A stretch of DNA of 64,000 nucleotides from Chlamydiota bacterium (GTDB lineage: Bacteria; Chlamydiota; Chlamydiia; Chlamydiales; RGXB01), in the NCBI GenBank assembly GCA_947494155.1, contig CANLTW010000002.1, positions 75,922-139,921 on the forward strand, written 5' to 3'. A program made the translations under genes and the position numbers. Position 1 is the stretch's first letter. Each line of letters begins with the position of its first letter. The notes beneath the pieces were generated by a model. It ran no database searches. It worked only from the letters and a program-made list of their open reading frames with translations, and had not been told where the DNA came from. Below, in pieces: positions 58,211-64,000 of this stretch.

Positions 58211-58987
58211 TTAGAGGCAGACTGTCTCTTGCACAAAAGAGAAGAAAGGATTAGGGCCCTCTTGATGCAAAAGTTTTATGGGGGTTGCTATCCCCTCCAT
58301 GGCCTTCAAAACCGCTTCCGGGCAGTTGCACTCCAAAGAAAGATGCCCCAGAGCAACCATCTCCAGCTTTTCATGAAAGACCGCCTCAAGAAGGGTCCTG
58401 GACTCCTCATTGGACAAGTGCCCCTGCTTGCTTAAAACCCTTTTTTTATATACTTGGGGGCGATTGCTTGCATGTACCATCCCCACATCATGATTAGATT
58501 CCAAAAGAAGGTGAGTGCAATTTTGCAAAGCTCTTACAGCAACGGGTGTCACAAATCCTATATCTGTGCAGATTCCGAATTTTTTTTCATCGAACGAAAA
58601 GGTGAAAGCCACCGGTTCAACCGCATCATGGGGAATAGAAAAAGGGTGTACCAAAAACTCGTCTAGCTTAAAACTTACACCAGTCTCAAAGATTTTAAAT
58701 TTTGGTCGCACATTCATTGCAGCATGCAAAACTTTCGCAGTCTCACAGTTGGTGTACAGAGGAATCTCATAGTGCTTAACAATCATTTCAAGACCGGCTA
58801 TATGATCATGGTGATCATGGGTTACCAAAATACCTTGAATCTGTCTGAGATCCATTCCAATACGCGATAGGAGATCTTCGGTCTTTTTCATAGAAAAGCC
58901 GGCATCAATTAAAAAAACAGAGTTAGCCCCTTTGAGAACTGTAGAGTTCCCTTTGGAGCCGGATCCAAGCGAGCAAAATCCTTGCAT
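58211..58987 (-). CDS. MBL-fold metallo-hydrolase (YycJ-like)
   Basis: It carries the motif HDHHDH, with later His/Asp ligands (TDIGF, GHLS). Its start overlaps the upstream stop (TAATG). Confidence 0.88.
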   Translation of the reverse strand: MQGFCSLGSGSKGNSTVLKGANSVFLIDAGFSMKKTEDLLSRIGMDLRQIQGILVTHDHHDHIAGLEMIVKHYEIPLYTNCETAKVLHAAMNVRPKFKIFETGVSFKLDEFLVHPFSIPHDAVEPVAFTFSFDEKKFGICTDIGFVTPVAVRALQNCTHLLLESNHDVGMVHASNRPQVYKKRVLSKQGHLSNEESRTLLEAVFHEKLEMVALGHLSLECNCPEAVLKAMEGIATPIKLLHQEGPNPFFSFVQETVCL

Positions 58988-60135
58988 TATCCCTTCTTCA
59001 GTCGAATTGGGCTTACTTGCTTAATTCTCTTATCGATCGATTTCTTCTCGAGAATTTTCTTCGATTCCGCCTCCCCTTTTTGCGGTCTTCCCCTTTTCTT
59101 GGGAGCCTCAGGAACCGAACCACCAAAAACTTTGGCCATCCGATTCTCTTCCGGCGCAATTAAGGCGGGGGTAAGTTTGAGCGTCTCTATCACCTTGCGG
59201 TCTTGAGGCTGATCCAAACCGGGTAGAGATCCTAGCTTTCCCGAAAGATGGCGGAGCGACTCCAAACGCTGGGAGAGCATCTCCAAACGAGAATCGACCT
59301 TAGGTCTTTCTATTCCGCGCAGACTCTGGTTGAGCTCCTGAGTTTGCTGGAATTTTGTCGAGAAGTAGATTGCATCGGGATTGTAATCGGAAAGATAGAG
59401 GAAAGGGCGAAGAGTCGGGGAACATGTTTTGAAAATGTCCATTGTAAACTGTGGTTCGGTCTCCACTTTGGGCAAAGCTTTTGGAGGCCTTCCCCTTCTC
59501 GGTTTTTGGACGTAGCTGTCTGCAGACTGGTAGCTTGCGGCTTTAATATTAATGATATCTCTGGCTTGGGCAACATCTTTTGGAACCTTTACATCGAAAA
59601 GATGGAGTTTTGCCTTTTCCAAAAGATTTTTAGGCATCTCCAAGTCCTCTTCAAACGTAAAAAAGACTCGATGTTTGCACAACCACTCGATGATTCTAAC
59701 TTTAAACCGCTCTAAATAAAATTGCTGCCACTTATCCAACTCGGTCAAGTGATCAAAAACGAATTCAAGAAAATTTTCCTTGGCCTCTTGGGAACTGATA
59801 ATATCTAAAAGTTTTTCTTTAGTGTCGATGTCGTAAACTTTTTCATTGACAAATCCTTCCATCACTTTTTTTGATTCGTAATAGGTAAGTTTTGGGACAG
59901 GAATGTAGCGGTTTGAATGGTGATTCAGCTCTTTTTCCGCTTCCTTGATCTCCTCTTCAGGTTTATCCAAATCCAGATAAATGATGGCCCCTTCGATACG
60001 ATCTAAATAAAAGTCTCTCTCATCGTCCGATCGGGAAAAGGCCTCTAGCAATCGGTGGTAGCGGATGATGATTGGACACTGCGGTTCTGGGTATGCATTC
60101 ATAACACTTGATTCTAGCAGTTCACCCGATTTCAC
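58987..60135 (-). CDS. Hypothetical protein with two AT-hook motifs
   Basis: This is a 382-aa ORF. The N-terminal ~200 aa forms an acidic helical domain. The AT-hook cores are KPRRGRPPKA (59476-59505) and KKRGRPQKG (59074-59100). The C-terminal tail is basic. Confidence 0.6.
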   Translation of the reverse strand: MKSGELLESSVMNAYPEPQCPIIIRYHRLLEAFSRSDDERDFYLDRIEGAIIYLDLDKPEEEIKEAEKELNHHSNRYIPVPKLTYYESKKVMEGFVNEKVYDIDTKEKLLDIISSQEAKENFLEFVFDHLTELDKWQQFYLERFKVRIIEWLCKHRVFFTFEEDLEMPKNLLEKAKLHLFDVKVPKDVAQARDIINIKAASYQSADSYVQKPRRGRPPKALPKVETEPQFTMDIFKTCSPTLRPFLYLSDYNPDAIYFSTKFQQTQELNQSLRGIERPKVDSRLEMLSQRLESLRHLSGKLGSLPGLDQPQDRKVIETLKLTPALIAPEENRMAKVFGGSVPEAPKKRGRPQKGEAESKKILEKKSIDKRIKQVSPIRLKKG

Positions 60136-60178
60136 CGGTAGACAAATTTGAAATCAATGAGCTATACTTGAACCTATT

Positions 60179-61465
60179 ATGCTAGATATCAAACTTATCC
60201 GTAAGGAACCCGAAGTTGTTCAAAAGCGGCTGCGTCTTAAAGATCCTAAAATTGACCTCGCTCCCTTGATTAAGGCTGACAAAGAATGGCAAGCAATCAC
60301 CCCTAAGCTAGAAAATCTAAGAGCCGAAAAAAATCGCCTTGCAAAAGAGGTGGGCTTTAAAAAAGCTAAGAATGAAGATTCGTCTAAAGAAATAGAACGG
60401 ATGTCTGCATTAAAAACCCAAGAAGCCGAACTTTCCAAAGAGCAAGCGTCTCTTGAAGAGACGGTCAAAACCCTCCTTAGCGAGTACCCTAACCTCCCCT
60501 TTTCTGAGGTCCCCTTTGGAACATCAGCTGCCGATAACGTAGAGATCCACCGCTTCCAGGAAAAAAAAGAGCTCGGATTTTTATTTAAACACCACGTCGA
60601 ACTCTCCGACGCATTAGGTCTGTTTGATTTTGAAAGAGGGGCAAAAGTTTCGGGCCGCGGATTCCCTATTTACAACCACGTCGCCTCAAAAATCGAGCTG
60701 GCTCTATGGAACTTGATGCTGGAAACTCACCAAAAAAATGGTTTCCATCTGCGTATGATGCCGTTGCTTGTGCGGCCAGAGACGATGTATGCATCAGGAC
60801 AACTGCCGAAATTTGAGAGTCAGCTTTTCAAGCTCAAAGATGAGGATTTTCACCTCTATTTGATCCCCACCTCAGAGGTGCCAATAAACAGCCTTTACCG
60901 CGATGAGATACTAGAAGAAAAAGAGCTCCCATTACTCCTCACCTCTTTGACTCCCTGCTTTCGTCGCGAAGCGGGAGCTGCAGGTTCGAATGAGCGTGGT
61001 TTGATTCGCACCCATCAATTCTATAAAGTCGAGCTGTTTGCACTAACCACTCCTGAAACGAGCCCTAAGGTGCATGAAAAGATGATCCAGTCGGCACACG
61101 AGATCCTTGAAACGCTTGAATTGCACTACCGCGATATGCTCCTTTGCAGTGATGACATGTCCTTTGCAGCCGCAAAGACTGTGGATATTGAGGTTTGGCT
61201 TCATGGCCAGAATCGCTACTACGAGGTCTCGTCTGCATCCAACTGCTCCTGTTACCAAGCGCGCAGGTCCAATATCCGTTACAGAAAAAAAGATGGCGCT
61301 CTCGATTTTGTCCACACGCTCAATGCGTCCGGTCTTGCCACCTCAAGGTTGATGGTTGCCCTCTTAGAATCGAATCAAAAAGAGGATGGCTCTATTCACC
61401 TCCCACAAAAGCTTGCAAAAAGGGTCGGTTTTGAGGTAATAAGAGCTGATGGTACCATTACATAA
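60179..61465 (+). CDS. serS: Seryl-tRNA synthetase
   Basis: It has an N-terminal coiled-coil arm (MLDIKLIR...) and class II motifs (FRREAG, GLIRTHQF, NASGLATSR). Confidence 0.95.
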   Translation: MLDIKLIRKEPEVVQKRLRLKDPKIDLAPLIKADKEWQAITPKLENLRAEKNRLAKEVGFKKAKNEDSSKEIERMSALKTQEAELSKEQASLEETVKTLLSEYPNLPFSEVPFGTSAADNVEIHRFQEKKELGFLFKHHVELSDALGLFDFERGAKVSGRGFPIYNHVASKIELALWNLMLETHQKNGFHLRMMPLLVRPETMYASGQLPKFESQLFKLKDEDFHLYLIPTSEVPINSLYRDEILEEKELPLLLTSLTPCFRREAGAAGSNERGLIRTHQFYKVELFALTTPETSPKVHEKMIQSAHEILETLELHYRDMLLCSDDMSFAAAKTVDIEVWLHGQNRYYEVSSASNCSCYQARRSNIRYRKKDGALDFVHTLNASGLATSRLMVALLESNQKEDGSIHLPQKLAKRVGFEVIRADGTIT

Positions 61466-62672
61466 AAAGCTTGATTCTCTCATCCAGCGCTCCCCCGATC
61501 CCTACCACGCCGTAGAGACAATACGAGAGGCGCTGGGATTCACAGAATTTTCCGTCGACTCTTTGAAAGAGTTAAAACCGGGAAAAAAATATTTTCTACA
61601 AAAGGGGGGCTTTTGTTTTGCCTTTATCATGCCAACCAAAACAATAGAAAGTTTTCGTCTCATTGGCACCCATATCGACAGCCCCGCTTTAAAGTTAAAT
61701 TCCAAACCTTTTGTGAAAAAAGGGGAGCGGATCTATTTTGATGTCGACCGCTCAGGGGGAATCATGTATACTTCCTGGCTCGATCGGGATCTTCTACTGT
61801 CGGGAAAAATTGTGACCGACAAAGGGTTGAAACTGGTGCGACTCGATTCCCACCTTTTCTCTATCCCTAACTGCCCTATTCATATCGATCGGGAAAAAAA
61901 CGAGCGGCATGCTTTTGATCCTACTAAGGAGCTTCTCCCTTTTGTGACTGCTGAGGAGAAAGAGGTGAGCTTAGGAAAAATTCTCAAAGAGAAAGCCCTC
62001 TTGGCTTTTGACCTCTACTTAACCCCCATTCAAAGTGGCTCTTTGACAGGTCTTGACCACCAGATTTTTTCCTCTTATCGGCTGGATAACATGTGTTCAA
62101 GTTTTGCAGCGATGGAGGCTATCTCTGAGGCAAAGCCTCACAAATCGGCATTACTGGGTGCTCTATTTTACAACGATGAGGAGACCGGCTCGATGTCGAT
62201 TGAGGGGGCTGAATCTCCATTCGTGATCGATGTTTTAGAGATGATCTGCCTTACACAAGGGATGAATAGGCTACAATTTTTGAAAATCAAAGACAAAAGT
62301 GCCTTTTACTCTGTGGATGTAGCGCATGCTTTTGTCGATGGTCATGATGCAAAATTTCATGCCAACCATAAGCTGGAGTTGGGAAAAGGGATTGTCATCA
62401 AACGCAACCATTCGTTGCACTACGCGTACAATATAGAGTTGGAAGCTAATATTCTTAGAATCCTGAAAAAAAGATCCATACCCCACCAATTTTTTGCCCC
62501 TCTAACCGGAAAACCTACCGGCTCTACAATCGGTCCCCATGTAGCTGTACGTTACGGAATCCCTACTATTGATATTGGTATAGCGATACAATCGATGCAT
62601 TCGGCACGCGAGTCGCTCCACTTAAAAGATCTAGAGTCGCTCTGCCGATTGATGAAGGAAATGTATGTGTAA
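61449..62672 (+). CDS. M18-family (aspartyl) aminopeptidase
   Basis: Motifs include THIDSPALKL, YRLDNMCS, NDEETGS and SMHSARE. It overlaps serS by 17 nt. Confidence 0.88.
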   Translation: MVPLHKKLDSLIQRSPDPYHAVETIREALGFTEFSVDSLKELKPGKKYFLQKGGFCFAFIMPTKTIESFRLIGTHIDSPALKLNSKPFVKKGERIYFDVDRSGGIMYTSWLDRDLLLSGKIVTDKGLKLVRLDSHLFSIPNCPIHIDREKNERHAFDPTKELLPFVTAEEKEVSLGKILKEKALLAFDLYLTPIQSGSLTGLDHQIFSSYRLDNMCSSFAAMEAISEAKPHKSALLGALFYNDEETGSMSIEGAESPFVIDVLEMICLTQGMNRLQFLKIKDKSAFYSVDVAHAFVDGHDAKFHANHKLELGKGIVIKRNHSLHYAYNIELEANILRILKKRSIPHQFFAPLTGKPTGSTIGPHVAVRYGIPTIDIGIAIQSMHSARESLHLKDLESLCRLMKEMYV

Positions 62673-63441
62673 GTCTGATCACCACGAAACGTGTAAAATG
62701 GAACCCGATTTAGATCATTTCAAAGGAAAAACAATCCCCGATCATCTTAAAGAAGCAAGAGAGAAGGGGGCAAAAGCAAGCGAGCAAATTCATGGGGTGG
62801 AGCTTTCGGGATCTTTACACGCCGGATGTGATGCGGCTAAAGAGACTGCGCTCTATCTTTCCATCCTTTATATCTTAGCACCAAAAACTCTCCCCCTTTT
62901 TGCCATAGGCTTATGCATTTGGAAAACGGGAAGGGCCGCTTTTTTAGGCTGGTCTCGTTTAAATCGACTCAATCAGTTGATTGCTCAAGAGCATGCCGAA
63001 ATTCAACATTCCCGCGAAAATGAACAGATAGAACTGATGGAGATTTACCGGGCAAAAGGGTTTGAGCCCCCTCTTTTGGATCAGGTTGTCCAGGTATTGA
63101 TGGCCGACGAAAATCGACTCCTTACTGTCATGCTTGAAGAAGAGCTCGGGCTGCGCTTAGAAGAGTATGAACACCCTTTAAAACAGGGTCTTGGGGCTTT
63201 TTTAGGAGTCACTTGCGCTGCGCTCCCCCTTTTAGTCGCAAGTTTATTTTCCCCTTTCATTTTTTTCGGCTTGGTATTTATCTTTTTTTTACTTTCGACA
63301 ACGCTCTCCATCATTCCACAAAAACGCTCCTTTATCTCCTTCAACACTTGGTCACTTAGCCTAGCTTTTCTTGTTCTGCTTACTGTCTACGAGCTCAAAA
63401 ATCTTTTAAATCCCTTAATTACTAGGTTCATGAATCCATGA
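62665..63441 (+). CDS. VIT1/CCC1-like membrane protein (tentative) with a Cys/His-rich N-terminus
   Basis: The N-terminus is MCKSDHHETCKMEPDLDH. It has a central helical region, EELGL...PLKQGLGAFLGVTCAALPLL, and C-terminal TM helices resembling the VIT family. The call is by eye only. Confidence 0.6.
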   Translation: MCKSDHHETCKMEPDLDHFKGKTIPDHLKEAREKGAKASEQIHGVELSGSLHAGCDAAKETALYLSILYILAPKTLPLFAIGLCIWKTGRAAFLGWSRLNRLNQLIAQEHAEIQHSRENEQIELMEIYRAKGFEPPLLDQVVQVLMADENRLLTVMLEEELGLRLEEYEHPLKQGLGAFLGVTCAALPLLVASLFSPFIFFGLVFIFFLLSTTLSIIPQKRSFISFNTWSLSLAFLVLLTVYELKNLLNPLITRFMNP

Positions 63442-64000
63442 CTTTTTCCTACGATGATTTTTTTGCCAAAGATTTTGAAGAGTCGGAAAACCCTTTTTTA
63501 AAACCCGATTCCCGAAAAACAGGTAAAGATCTTTCGCTTAAAATTTCCATCCTCTCCGCGATTTTTTTGGCTCTTTCCTATATCACCTTAATGTTTGATA
63601 GCATATCGATCCTGTTTTTAGGATTTGTCTATTTTTTATCCGGCACCCCAGCTTTAATCCAAACCATAAAGGACGTGAAAAACTCGATCATTAACATCGA
63701 TGTTTTGATGACGTTGGCAGCTCTGCTCTCTGTTTGCATCGGAGCTGAGCATGAGGGGGGCCTTCTTTTAGTCCTTTTTGCCCTCTCTGAGTCGATGGAG
63801 GAGATGGTAGACCGCAAGACAAAAAGCGCTTTGAGTCATCTCAACTCACTAGTGCCCAGCTTGGCGATCGTTGTCCAAAGCGACAATACTCGCTATCAGA
63901 AGGCTGTCCAAGAAATTAGCGTCGGGACAAAAATATTTGTCCCGGTGGGAGAGATTGTCCCCTTGGATGCCAAAGTTGTTGAGGGCTCCTCATTTGTAAA
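63438..64000 (+). CDS. Heavy-metal P1B-type ATPase, N-terminal part (continues past the window end)
   Basis: It is absent from the ORF track because it runs off the edge. The ATG overlaps the upstream stop (ATGA). My translation MTFSYDDFF...ISILFLGFVYFLSGTPALIQTIKDVKNSIINIDVLMTLAALLSVCIG...VGTKIFVPVGEIVPLDAKVVEGSSFV matches the TM and actuator-domain start of Zn/Cd/Cu P-type ATPases. No HMA CxxC domain is visible. Confidence 0.85.
   Translation, partial: MTFSYDDFFAKDFEESENPFLKPDSRKTGKDLSLKISILSAIFLALSYITLMFDSISILFLGFVYFLSGTPALIQTIKDVKNSIINIDVLMTLAALLSVCIGAEHEGGLLLVLFALSESMEEMVDRKTKSALSHLNSLVPSLAIVVQSDNTRYQKAVQEISVGTKIFVPVGEIVPLDAKVVEGSSFV

Noticed and set aside
59248-59715. A 155-aa plus-strand ORF
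   Set aside because: It is antisense within the AT-hook protein gene. The minus-strand frame is longer and is linked to the downstream MBL gene by a TAATG overlap.
1-64000. A window-wide search for CRISPR arrays, long direct or inverted repeats, IS termini, toxin-antitoxin pairs and defence-system signatures
   Set aside because: I found none by reading. The only extended internal similarity is between the two aas paralogs.

Overview
This window is dense, mostly housekeeping chromosome that looks chlamydial. I base that on an FtsZ-less murF-mraY-murD-LysM-ftsW-murG-murC-ftsQ-like cluster next to rsbV and miaA, an nrdA with repeated ATP-cones, an nrdB with the class Ic Phe-for-Tyr signature, and aas, priA, lysS/cysS and dnaX-ybaB-ptsI. 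From memory the gene order parallels C. trachomatis CT756-CT762 and CT827/828. An unfused murC, a type II NADH dehydrogenase, hprK and sucCD point to an environmental (non-Chlamydiaceae) lineage. Genus cannot be determined from the sequence alone. I support about 54 CDS (two run off the window edges and are absent from the ORF track), 2 tRNAs (Cys-GCA, His-GTG), several hairpin terminators and a candidate NrdR operator. Many genes are linked by start/stop overlaps. I found no CRISPR array, IS element, integrase, prophage or recognisable defence island, and neither tRNA flanks an insertion. The best candidates for something undescribed are two. First, a tandem pair of three-domain Aas-like enzymes (acyltransferase, built-in carrier domain, adenylating domain) in which the second copy has lost its adenylation motifs. 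Second, an overlapping gene pair made of a Rossmann SDR and a VKOR-like CxxC membrane protein that lacks the canonical loop cysteines. Lesser items are a protein with two AT-hooks coupled to an MBL hydrolase, hprK-ptsI without ptsH, and a few small orphan genes. All functional calls come from motif recognition by eye. No database search was run.
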